From positions 160,001 to 224,000 of the forward strand of contig CAVQUB010000003.1 of assembly GCA_963716725.1 (NCBI GenBank): a stretch of 64,000 nt of DNA. The letters are read 5' to 3'. Positions 20,196 through 29,500 of this stretch are shown piece after piece. The notes beneath the pieces were generated by a model. It saw only the letters and a list, made by a program, of their open reading frames with translations, did no database searches and was not told the DNA's origin. A program made the translations under genes and the position numbers. Within the stretch, counting starts at the first letter, position 1, and the number at the start of each line of letters is the position of its first letter. The stretch comes from an uncultured delta proteobacterium. GTDB taxonomy: Bacteria > Myxococcota_A > Polyangia > Polyangiales > Polyangiaceae.

Positions 20196-21785
20196 GTGGC
20201 CGACGGTAACGATCCTGGGGTGCAGCATTCGCTGCTCGATGAAGCGGTAATTGGCGTCGAAGGGCGAGAAGGCGATCGCACACGGGTCACCTTGCCCGCG
20301 CTGCTCGCTCGACTCTCGCGCGGCGAAGACACGGAGCTCACCGCCATTCAGGCGCATCAGCAGCACGCTTGGCACGCATTCACGGTTCAGCTCGCGGCCA
20401 TCGCCCTGGCCCGCGCGAACGAGACCCTCGAAGCGGCCAAGGACGAGCCGGCTTGGCGGGCGCTCCTTGTCGCGGCTGCGGAGGGGGACGCCTCTGGTCC
20501 GGAGGCCTTCGCGTTGGTCGTGAACGATCTTGCGAAGCCTGCGTTCATGCAGGCGCCGGTCCCGGAGGGTTCACTCGCTCCCCTGAAGAACGAGCACGAA
20601 CGGCCCAGCTCTGAGCTCGAGGTCCTGATCACGTCGAAGAACCACGATGTCAAGATCAACCGATTGGCCCAGCCGAGCGTGGAACACTGGGTCTTCGCGC
20701 TGGTCACGCTCCAGACCATGCAGGGGTTCCTGGGTGCGGGGAACTATGGCATCGCGCGGATGAACGGCGGCTTCGCGAGCCGTCCCTGCGTTTCGTTCGC
20801 GCCCGAGACCCGCGCCTCAGCGAGATTCGTTCGCGACGTCGGCCTCCTGCTCGAAGCCCGCGAGGAACTGCTCGCTCGCGGATTCGCCGGCAAGGGAGGG
20901 CTCGGGCTCGTGTGGTGCGCAGCCTGGGATGGCTCGAGTTCCCTCTCGCTCGCGAAACTCGATCCCTTCTTCATCGAAATCTGTCGGCGCGTTCGGCTGG
21001 TGGCCCCCGCCGGAAAGCTGGTCGCCCATCGCGGCTCGAGCAAAGTCGCTCGCATCGACGGCAGTCAGCTCACGGGCAACACCGGCGACGCTTGGACGCC
21101 GGTTTCGAGGAAGGACGGCAAGGCGCTGACCGTGTCCGAAAGCGGCTTCACCTACGAACGCGTCCAGGATCTCATGTTCGGAGACTGGGCTCCGCCTGTT
21201 GCCGCGGACCCGGACAAAGGAGCCGGGCGCTACTGGGTCGGGCAGGTGCTCGTGCGAGGACAGGGAAAGACCGGCGGTTACCACGAACGCTGGGTGCCCG
21301 TACCCGGCAAGGCCCGGGGCTTCTTGGCCAAGCCCGACGCGCGCGCGACGCTCGGCAAGCGCGCGCAGGAGTGGGTCTCTTTCGCCAAGGTCGCGAGGCT
21401 CAACATCCTCAAGCCGGCGCTGCTGAATTTGCTGCAGGGCGGCCCGGAGAAGCTCAAGTTCGACGACGATCGCGCGGAGCCTTTCCTCGCACACCTGAAC
21501 CAAGCCATCGACGGCGTCTTCTTCCCGATGCTCTTCCAGTTGGCCGCGCAAGAACCGGAACAGGCAAACCTCACGTTCGCTCGAGAGCTGCTCGATCTCG
21601 CGCGGGCCGAACTCGAGCGCGCAACGACCGGAGTCCCGATGAGCTCGGCGCGCAGGCACCGCGCCATCTCGTATGCGTATCGCTCGTTCTGGGGCGCGGC
21701 GCGCAACAGGAAGGACTTCCCTCGGACCAATCTGCCCACCGGATCCACCTCCACCCCCGCTGACTCGGACGGAGACGCCACATGA
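20196..21785 (+). CDS. casA: Type I-E Cascade large subunit Cas8e/Cse1
   Basis: Position after cas3. HQQHAWHAF..QLA, KNHDVK, GAGNYGIARMNGG and FFIEICRRVRL. Confidence 0.88.
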   Translation: MADGNDPGVQHSLLDEAVIGVEGREGDRTRVTLPALLARLSRGEDTELTAIQAHQQHAWHAFTVQLAAIALARANETLEAAKDEPAWRALLVAAAEGDASGPEAFALVVNDLAKPAFMQAPVPEGSLAPLKNEHERPSSELEVLITSKNHDVKINRLAQPSVEHWVFALVTLQTMQGFLGAGNYGIARMNGGFASRPCVSFAPETRASARFVRDVGLLLEAREELLARGFAGKGGLGLVWCAAWDGSSSLSLAKLDPFFIEICRRVRLVAPAGKLVAHRGSSKVARIDGSQLTGNTGDAWTPVSRKDGKALTVSESGFTYERVQDLMFGDWAPPVAADPDKGAGRYWVGQVLVRGQGKTGGYHERWVPVPGKARGFLAKPDARATLGKRAQEWVSFAKVARLNILKPALLNLLQGGPEKLKFDDDRAEPFLAHLNQAIDGVFFPMLFQLAAQEPEQANLTFARELLDLARAELERATTGVPMSSARRHRAISYAYRSFWGAARNRKDFPRTNLPTGSTSTPADSDGDAT

Positions 21786-22351
21786 CTGAACCTGATCAAA
21801 AGGAAGCCCCAGAGACGGACGCAACGAGCGGCGGCGCACCGACGGAGTCGCGCGCGGACGTTCGCAGCAGGGTGTTGGGCGCCCTTCGGCACACGTTGGA
21901 ACGTGCGGACCCCGGCGTGCTCGCACGATTGCGACGCGCCGACCCTCGCTCCCCTCCGCCCGACTTCTTCCGCGTGTCGGTGGACGTGCTCGACGAAATC
22001 CTGCCCGGCAGAGGGCCCATTCGCGACGAGCAAGAGACACGTTGGGCGGTGATCGTCCAAGCGATGGCGATGGCTCTGGGCACCAACGCAAAGAGCGGAG
22101 GCCTGCTCGGCGGCGCCCCGTTCGGCAAGGCGTTGGCCACCGCGGGAGTCGCAGAGATGCGCATGCTGCGCCTCTTGGAGGCTGAGGCCGACCAGCTCCC
22201 GGCCCTAACCCGTCAACTGGTCTCGCAGCTGGTCAGCCGCGGCGAACCCTTCAGCGTCGGCGATCTGGCCGCGCTGGTCCTGGACCGCGATCCCGAGCGT
22301 GCTCGGCGCGAGATTGCCCGCAACTTCTACCGTCACCTCGAGAGCAACTGA
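21782..22351 (+). CDS. casB: Type I-E small subunit Cas11/Cse2
   Basis: PGVLARLRR...EMRMLRLL...RREIARNFY. ATGA overlap with casA. Confidence 0.88.
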   Translation: MTEPDQKEAPETDATSGGAPTESRADVRSRVLGALRHTLERADPGVLARLRRADPRSPPPDFFRVSVDVLDEILPGRGPIRDEQETRWAVIVQAMAMALGTNAKSGGLLGGAPFGKALATAGVAEMRMLRLLEAEADQLPALTRQLVSQLVSRGEPFSVGDLAALVLDRDPERARREIARNFYRHLESN

Positions 22352-22363
22352 TCGGAGACCCCC

Positions 22364-23656
22364 ATGAGCCAATCGAGCCAGAAACCCCTCTTCATTCAAA
22401 TCCACACCCTCACTTCCTACCCCGGAAGCCTGTTGAACCGAGACGACCAGGGTTTCGCGAAACGCCTCCCCTTTGGCGGGGCGACGCGTACTCGGATTTC
22501 GTCGCAATGCCTCAAGCGTCATTGGCGGACGTTCCGCGGCGAGCACTCGTTGGCCTCGCTTCACGACGCGAAGGACCCGGTTGAGCTCTCCATCCGGTCA
22601 CGTCACACCTTTGATCGCTTCGTCGTCCAGCCGCTGATCGCCGATGGGGTGTCGGCTGAACTGGCGCGCGCGGCGACCGAAGCGGTTATGACAGCGGTGC
22701 TCGGCGAGAGCGCCAAGGCGAAGAAGGCCAAGGACGACGCCAAGAGCGAGGACGGAGCCGCGAAGCCCGCGAAGAAGGGGAAGGCGAACAAGGACGACGG
22801 GGAAGCTGCAGATGCAAAGCTGATGACCGGTCAAATCACGGTGCTCGGCCGTCCGGAGATCGACTTCTTCCTCGCCGAAGCCCGCGCCCTGGCCAGTGAC
22901 GCGGGGTCGGCCGACAAGATAGAGGACGCGAAGAAGCGACGCTTCACCAAGGACTGGGGCAAGAATCTGGACGGGCTGAAGCGAGCGGCAGGGCTGGATG
23001 CCGCGCTGTTCGGCCGGATGGTCACCAGCAGCAAGCTGGCGCGCGCCGACGCCGCGATCCACGTCGCCCACGCCTTCACCGTGCACAGCGAACACGCCGA
23101 GACCGACTACTTCGCCGCCATCGACGACCTGCTCGGCACGGGCGACGACGCGGACCAACTGGGGAGCGGGCACATCGGCAACACCGAGCTCACCAGCGGG
23201 CTCTTCTACGGATACGTGGTCGTGGACGTCGCGCAGCTCGTCTCCAACCTCGAGGGGTGCGCGCAGCGCGACTGGGCCGCCGCGGACCGCCGGCTAGCGG
23301 CCGAGGTCGTCCACAATCTCGTGCACCTCGTCTCGCGGGTGTCGCCGGGCGCCAAGGTCGGATCGACGGCACCGCACGCATTCGCCCACCTCGCCTTGGC
23401 CGAGGCCGGCTCGAGCCAGCCGCGAACATTGGCCAACGCATTCTTGAAGCCGGTCGCGGACCGGCCGGATTTGCTGGCGAACGCCTACGCAGCTCTCTCG
23501 CGCTACGCGCAAGAGGTCGACTCTGTGTACGCGCTGGACAATCGCCGCGCGCTGGCCGGGATTGGCGCAACGGACGATCTCAGGGCGCTCGGCACGCCTG
23601 TGTCCATCGACGCCGTGGCGAAGTTTGCTGCCGGAGCGATCATGGAGCATTCCTGA
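22364..23656 (+). CDS. cas7: Type I-E backbone Cas7/Cse4
   Basis: FIQIHTL...LNRDD...RTRISSQCLKRHWR, DAALFGRM, HVAHAFTVH and DYF. Confidence 0.96.
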   Translation: MSQSSQKPLFIQIHTLTSYPGSLLNRDDQGFAKRLPFGGATRTRISSQCLKRHWRTFRGEHSLASLHDAKDPVELSIRSRHTFDRFVVQPLIADGVSAELARAATEAVMTAVLGESAKAKKAKDDAKSEDGAAKPAKKGKANKDDGEAADAKLMTGQITVLGRPEIDFFLAEARALASDAGSADKIEDAKKRRFTKDWGKNLDGLKRAAGLDAALFGRMVTSSKLARADAAIHVAHAFTVHSEHAETDYFAAIDDLLGTGDDADQLGSGHIGNTELTSGLFYGYVVVDVAQLVSNLEGCAQRDWAAADRRLAAEVVHNLVHLVSRVSPGAKVGSTAPHAFAHLALAEAGSSQPRTLANAFLKPVADRPDLLANAYAALSRYAQEVDSVYALDNRRALAGIGATDDLRALGTPVSIDAVAKFAAGAIMEHS

Positions 23657-24405
23657 TGGAGATCGCGTTTCTGCGATTCGACGCCCCGCTCATGAGCTTC
23701 GGCTCGGTGGCCGTCGATCAAGCGAACAAGACCGACCTCTACCCGTACCGTGCGATGCTGGTTGGCCTTCTCGCGAATGCGCTTGGCCACACCCGAGACG
23801 AGGTTGAGAAGCACGAGGCGCTCCAGTCAGGGCTGCGATACGCTGCCCGCCGGGACCGATCGGGCACGACGCTGGTGGATTTCCAGACAGTCGACTTCCG
23901 GAGTGACGGCCCGATGGCTTCGGAGCTGGGCTGGACGGCCGAGGGCGAGCTGGAGGAGCGAGCTGGTGGTGCCGCGAGCGAAGGAACGCACATCCGATAT
24001 CGCCACTATGTCGCCGACAGCATCGTCACCGTGGCGTTCGCGCTCAGTGGCGAGAAGGGGCTCCAAACCGATCAGGTAGTCGATGCGCTCAGACGACCCG
24101 CGCGCCCGCTGTTCTTGGGGAGAAAGTGCTGCATCCCTTCCGCGCCTGTGTTTCTCGAGCTCGGGGCCGCGGGATCGTTGCGCGAGGCACTGAGCGACCT
24201 GCCCCGAGTGGACCGCCGCGGGGAAGACGGCGCACTCCCTGCCATTTGGCCGGCGTCAGAAGAAGCTGACCCGGACCGCCCGCTCTGGCCGCGCGTCGAA
24301 GATCGCGACTGGAGGAACGCGATCCACGTTGGTCGCCGAATGTACGTCGAGGGACATGTAGACCCGCCGTACCCCTCCACGTCGGACAGGCAGGCAGCGC
24401 CATGA
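23656..24405 (+). CDS. cas5: Type I-E Cas5/CasD
   Basis: LRFDAPLMSFG, GLLANALG, DFQTV and LFLGRKCCIPS. ATG overlaps the cas7 stop. Confidence 0.95.
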   Translation: MEIAFLRFDAPLMSFGSVAVDQANKTDLYPYRAMLVGLLANALGHTRDEVEKHEALQSGLRYAARRDRSGTTLVDFQTVDFRSDGPMASELGWTAEGELEERAGGAASEGTHIRYRHYVADSIVTVAFALSGEKGLQTDQVVDALRRPARPLFLGRKCCIPSAPVFLELGAAGSLREALSDLPRVDRRGEDGALPAIWPASEEADPDRPLWPRVEDRDWRNAIHVGRRMYVEGHVDPPYPSTSDRQAAP

Positions 24406-25166
24406 TGCAGGATCTTCACCTCGTCCGGATGAACATCGACAGCCAGGCGTTGTACCGGTTCGCGCGGCGCTCGCGCTTGCCCGCCCGGGATTTCGACGAG
24501 GGATATGCCGTGCACGCACTGCTGGCGGCCTTGTTCGACAGCGAGACGAACCCCGACGCGCGCGTCGCGCCAAAGCCCTTCCGCTTGGTCGATCCCGCCA
24601 GACGCATGATCGAAGTGCTTGGGTACGCGAGCCTCGATCACCGAGCGCTCGGCGAACGCGCAAAGTCGTTTGCCGACCCGCTCGCCTGGGATGTCTGCAA
24701 CGTGGATGAAATCGCATCGCGACCCGTGCCGCAGTTTCAAGTGGGTAGCGAACTGGGATTTTCCGTTCGCGTCTGCCCGGTGCGCCGCGTGGCCAAGCGG
24801 GGCAACCAGCAGAAGGAGCGCGCTGAGGTCGACGCCTTCTTGGCAAAGGTCTGGGAGATCGATGACCCGGAGGTCATGGTCGATCGCGAATCCGTGTACC
24901 TCGAATGGCTTCGGTCAGAGGTACAGAAGGACGGCGCGGCACTGCTCCGTAACGCCGAACTGACTAGCTTTCAGCTGGGCCGACAGCACCGGCGAACGCA
25001 GGGGCAAGATCGACGCGGAGCACGCCTGTCCCATCCCGAGGCCTGCTTCGAGGGGTCTCTCGAGGTCCGCGATCCTGCGTCATTCGCGGCGCGACTTGGC
25101 CGAGGGCTGGGCCGACACCGCTCCTTCGGTTTCGGCATGCTCCTGCTCAAACCTGCGAGGAGCTAG
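24402..25166 (+). CDS. cas6: Type I-E crRNA endoribonuclease Cas6/Cse3
   Basis: GYAVHALL and C-terminal G-loop GLGRHRSFGFGMLLL. Confidence 0.95.
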   Translation: MMQDLHLVRMNIDSQALYRFARRSRLPARDFDEGYAVHALLAALFDSETNPDARVAPKPFRLVDPARRMIEVLGYASLDHRALGERAKSFADPLAWDVCNVDEIASRPVPQFQVGSELGFSVRVCPVRRVAKRGNQQKERAEVDAFLAKVWEIDDPEVMVDRESVYLEWLRSEVQKDGAALLRNAELTSFQLGRQHRRTQGQDRRGARLSHPEACFEGSLEVRDPASFAARLGRGLGRHRSFGFGMLLLKPARS

Positions 25167-25169
25167 CGG

Positions 25170-26132
25170 GTGAAGTCCCGTCGCCAGATGCCCAGCGACA
25201 CCGCGACCGCGGAAGGTGGCGAGGGCGCCGGCAAGGAAATGCGCGGCCGCCTGGGGCTGGAAACCGCCCGCATTCCACAGCAGGACCGGCATGGTTTGCT
25301 TTGGCTTGGGCGCGGCCAACTCTACGTGCACGACGGAACCCTACGCTTCAAATGCGCCGGCTTCGGCGATCTCGAACCGGGCGACTACTCGATCCCATTC
25401 CAACTCCTGACCTGCATCGTGCTGCAACCGGGGACGTCGCTCACCCACGATGTGCTCCGACTCTGCGCGGCGCATGGCACAGGGATCGTCGCGGTCGGAG
25501 AGGGAGGTGTTCGGTACTTCGCGAGCTCGCCCTTCGGGCCGAACGAATCGGCGCGAGCGCGGCGGCAAGCGCTGTTGTGGGCAAACCAGGCCGACCGGCT
25601 GACAGTTGCGCGGCGCATGTATGCATGGCGGCTCGGTGAGGTCTTTCCCAGTGCCGACATAGCCGTGCTCCGCGGGATGGAGGGCTCGCGGATGAAGGAG
25701 ACCTACAAGCGCCTCGCAAACCAGTTCCAGGTTCCGTGGGCGGGTCGCAGATACGATCGCGACAAACCCGAGGCTACTGACCTGTCCAACCAGGCGATCA
25801 ACCACACCGTCACCGCCGTCGAAGCGACGGCGATGGTCGCAGTCGCCGTGACCGGCGCCGTGCCGCAACTTGGATTCATTCATGAGGATGCCGGACACGC
25901 ATTCACCTTGGACGTCACCGACCTGTTTCGGGACACCGTCACGTTGCCGGTGGCCTTCACGGCGGCAAGACAGGCTGCCCAGCGGCCTGGCGAACCGGTA
26001 GAACGAATCGCCAGGCGCCTTGCCGCGAAGACGCTGCGAGAGAACAAGATCGTCCTTCGAATGATCGACCGAATCAAAGAGATGCTCGACTCGGACGGTG
26101 GAGAATTCAGCGCCGACGGGGATCGAACTTGA
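25170..26132 (+). CDS. cas1: Type I-E Cas1
   Basis: LQPGTSLTH, RRMYAWR, LRGMEGSRMK, NQAINH and LGFIHE...FTLD..DL. Start may be 25188 or 25239. Confidence 0.96.
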   Translation: MKSRRQMPSDTATAEGGEGAGKEMRGRLGLETARIPQQDRHGLLWLGRGQLYVHDGTLRFKCAGFGDLEPGDYSIPFQLLTCIVLQPGTSLTHDVLRLCAAHGTGIVAVGEGGVRYFASSPFGPNESARARRQALLWANQADRLTVARRMYAWRLGEVFPSADIAVLRGMEGSRMKETYKRLANQFQVPWAGRRYDRDKPEATDLSNQAINHTVTAVEATAMVAVAVTGAVPQLGFIHEDAGHAFTLDVTDLFRDTVTLPVAFTAARQAAQRPGEPVERIARRLAAKTLRENKIVLRMIDRIKEMLDSDGGEFSADGDRT

Positions 26133-26154
26133 CCGACCCCGGGAAGGCCGCCGG

Positions 26155-26502
26155 ATGGCGATGACGATCGTCGTCACCCGGAACGCCGAGGGTCGCGTAC
26201 GCGGCTTTCTGGCGTCGACCATGCTCGAGATCGCCGCGGGCGTTTACACCTCCCCCAACATGACGCCGGCCGTTCGCGATCGGGTCTGGGCCGTCCTGGA
26301 AAAGTGGCGCGTCGGGAGCCGCAACGACGGGGCTCTCATGACCTGGCCCGACGCAGCCGCGCCCGGCGGCCAGCAGATTCGCACTCTCGGTGAAGCGCCC
26401 ATCGACCTCGCGGAGACCCCCGCGATCGTGCTCGCGAGGCGGCCTCTCGGCGAGGACGAGATCCGTTCTTTGAAATCCCAAGTTGATGATCTGCCGTTTT
26501 GA
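26155..26502 (+). CDS. cas2: Type I-E Cas2
   Basis: MTIVVTRNAEGRVRGFLASTMLEIAAGVY...VRDRVW. Confidence 0.93.
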   Translation: MAMTIVVTRNAEGRVRGFLASTMLEIAAGVYTSPNMTPAVRDRVWAVLEKWRVGSRNDGALMTWPDAAAPGGQQIRTLGEAPIDLAETPAIVLARRPLGEDEIRSLKSQVDDLPF

Positions 26503-26585
26503 CCGGCGCCGCTGCCGGCGCTGCGCTTGACGGCAGCGGCCAAGGCGGCACAGCCTTGGCACACGCTGGCTCATTTGGTCTCAGA
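26503..26585 (+). promoter_or_regulatory. Short CRISPR leader with two hairpins
   Basis: 83 bp between the cas2 stop and repeat 1. Inverted repeats GCCGCTGCCG (26508-17) / CGGCAGCGGC (26531-40) and GCCAAGGC (26539-46) / GCCTTGGC (26553-60). Confidence 0.65.
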
Positions 26586-29500
26586 GGCTCCTCCGCACGC
26601 GCGGAGGTCTACCCCATCGGACGAGCGCCCGGACTGGCGGCGTGGCTCCTCCGCACGCGCGGAGGTCTACCCGATCCGCCAGCGGCCGCCGACGCCGACG
26701 CGGCTCCTCCGCACGCGCGGAGGTCTACCCTGCGGCGGGACGACCGATCCGCCGCCGGGCTCCTCCGCACGCGCGGAGGTCTACCTCGTGCCTTGACGGA
26801 CCGCACCGCCGCAGGCTCCTCCGCACGCGCGGAGGTCTACCCTGCACCGGCACGGTGCTTTCATCGGGCTAGGCTCCTCCGCACGCGCGGAGGTCTACCC
26901 GTCGGTCGCACGGCCGACGCGGCAGGGCTCCTCCGCACGCGCGGAGGTCTACCCACGTCAGCGCGCCGAGTCGCGCACGGCTCCTCCGCACGCGCGGAGG
27001 TCTACCTGTACCGACGTGATGGCGGGACGGCCAGGCTCCTCCGCACGCGCGGAGGTCTACCCGATCGCGGCACGGGCGCGGCTGGGCGGCTCCTCCGCAC
27101 GCGCGGAGGTCTACCCGACGCGGGACGCCGTCCCAGCGCGACGCGGGCTCCTCCGCACGCGCGGAGGTCTACCTCGACGCGTGGCGCGGTGCGCGTACGC
27201 GCGAGCGCGGCTCCTCCGCACGCGCGGAGGTCTACCTGCCTCCGACGCGCCACGTCGTACTCGCGCGACGCGGGCTCCTCCGCACGCGCGGAGGTCTACC
27301 CGGAGCTGTCGCGCGTCGATGTGCTCGAACTGAAGGCTCCTCCGCACGCGCGGAGGTCTACCCTGCACTCGTGGACCATGCGCGCGAGTCGCGTCGAGGG
27401 CTCCTCCGCACGCGCGGAGGTCTACCTTCTTCCTTGATTTTGCAGGCTTTTCCCAGAAAGGCTCCTCCGCACGCGCGGAGGTCTACCCGGGTGGGAGTGC
27501 TAGCCGCACTCGTCGCGGTAGGCTCCTCCGCACGCGCGGAGGTCTACCCGCTAGCGGTGTGGGTTCGCATCCCGGTGTCGAGGCTCCTCCGCACGCGCGG
27601 AGGTCTACCGTCTTCTGCCACTGGCTTTGCTCCTTGCTCCGTGGCTCCTCCGCACGCGCGGAGGTCTACCCATCGAAAAAAGAGCCTGTGAAGATGCGGT
27701 AGAGGCTCCTCCGCACGCGCGGAGGTCTACCTTCGAGAATCTCCCACCGTACACCATAGACTTGGGCTCCTCCGCACGCGCGGAGGTCTACCTTGCGCAT
27801 ATCCGTCAGCTTCGAATATCCCAGTGGCTCCTCCGCACGCGCGGAGGTCTACCCCGTTCAAGAACGCCATCCGCCGCGACCTCGACGGCTCCTCCGCACG
27901 CGCGGAGGTCTACCTTCTCCCCAGCGAAACGGCAGCGGACCGTAGCCGGCTCCTCCGCACGCGCGGAGGTCTACCTTCCACCAACCGCAGCAAGCAACCC
28001 AAGACCTAGGCTCCTCCGCACGCGCGGAGGTCTACCCCGCTCAAGAACGCCATCCGTCGCGACTGCGGCGGCTCCTCCGCACGCGCGGAGGTCTACCTGT
28101 TCGACACTTCGACGGACGCATCAAAAACATGGCTCCTCCGCACGCGCGGAGGTCTACCCCAGGGCTGGGTCTGGCTCCCCGAATGGCAGGCGGCTCCTCC
28201 GCACGCGCGGAGGTCTACCCTGATGAAGGCTCGCCCCGAGCTCGATGCAACGGGCTCCTCCGCACGCGCGGAGGTCTACCCCTGGCGCCCCCGGTGATCG
28301 TGGTGCCCGCGTCGGCTCCTCCGCACGCGCGGAGGTCTACCTGATGTCCACCGTTGAAACATCGGCGCCGGCAGGGCTCCTCCGCACGCGCGGAGGTCTA
28401 CCCTTCACCGCCAAAGGTGCGAGACTCGAAGCGTGGGCTCCTCCGCACGCGCGGAGGTCTACCTCCTGTCCCCGATCCGAAGCCAAGCGCGGAAGAGGCT
28501 CCTCCGCACGCGCGGAGGTCTACCTTATGACCGGTTCTCTCCCCGAATCACGCTCCAGGCTCCTCCGCACGCGCGGAGGTCTACCCTGCTTGCGAAGGCG
28601 GAAGCCGCTGCGATCAAGGGCTCCTCCGCACGCGCGGAGGTCTACCCGTCAACCAGTGGGCCCGAGGGCAGGTGTTTCAGGCTCCTCCGCACGCGCGGAG
28701 GTCTACCCGCGATGGTGCGCGTTGCTGACCTGTTGCTGGCGGCTCCTCCGCACGCGCGGAGGTCTACCTCAATCGGCTTTCCGCAAAGCGTTCCGGGCGA
28801 AGGCTCCTCCGCACGCGCGGAGGTCTACCCAATGACATGCGATGCTTCACATCGGCGATTCCGGCTCCTCCGCACGCGCGGAGGTCTACCCGCTAAGCGC
28901 GCTTGACACTGCTATCCCTTGCCGGCTCCTCCGCACGCGCGGAGGTCTACCTCCCGAGCGACTGGGACGCGAGAGCGGTGAAAGGGCTCCTCCGCACGCG
29001 CGGAGGTCTACCCAGAGGTGGCCAACGCTACGGGTACACGGTGACGGCTCCTCCGCACGCGCGGAGGTCTACCCTATTACACCACCCGCGAAGCCTTGGA
29101 GCTTGGGGCTCCTCCGCACGCGCGGAGGTCTACCCCTTCCCACAGAGCAAGAGAAACGAAGCCTAGCGGCTCCTCCGCACGCGCGGAGGTCTACCTTGAT
29201 TCCTATTGGCTACTCCGAGAGCGACTGGGGCTCCTCCGCACGCGCGGAGGTCTACCCCTGATCACGAGTCCGCCAGCCAATGGTCAGCAGGCTCCTCCGC
29301 ACGCGCGGAGGTCTACCCGGGGCCGATGGCTTTGCGGGCACCCACATTCAGGCTCCTCCGCACGCGCGGAGGTCTACCTCGAATACTCCGACCGCTATCG
29401 AGTTCCGCCCAGGCTCCTCCGCACGCGCGGAGGTCTACCCTCCACGTCGCTCACGCCCCCGCACTCATCGCAGGCTCCTCCGCACGCGCGGAGGTCTACC

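Noticed and set aside
27549..27581. Spacer containing a tRNA T-arm-like GTGGGTTCGCATCCC
   Set aside because: Too short, and mismatched at the invariant loop A. It cannot be supported without a search.
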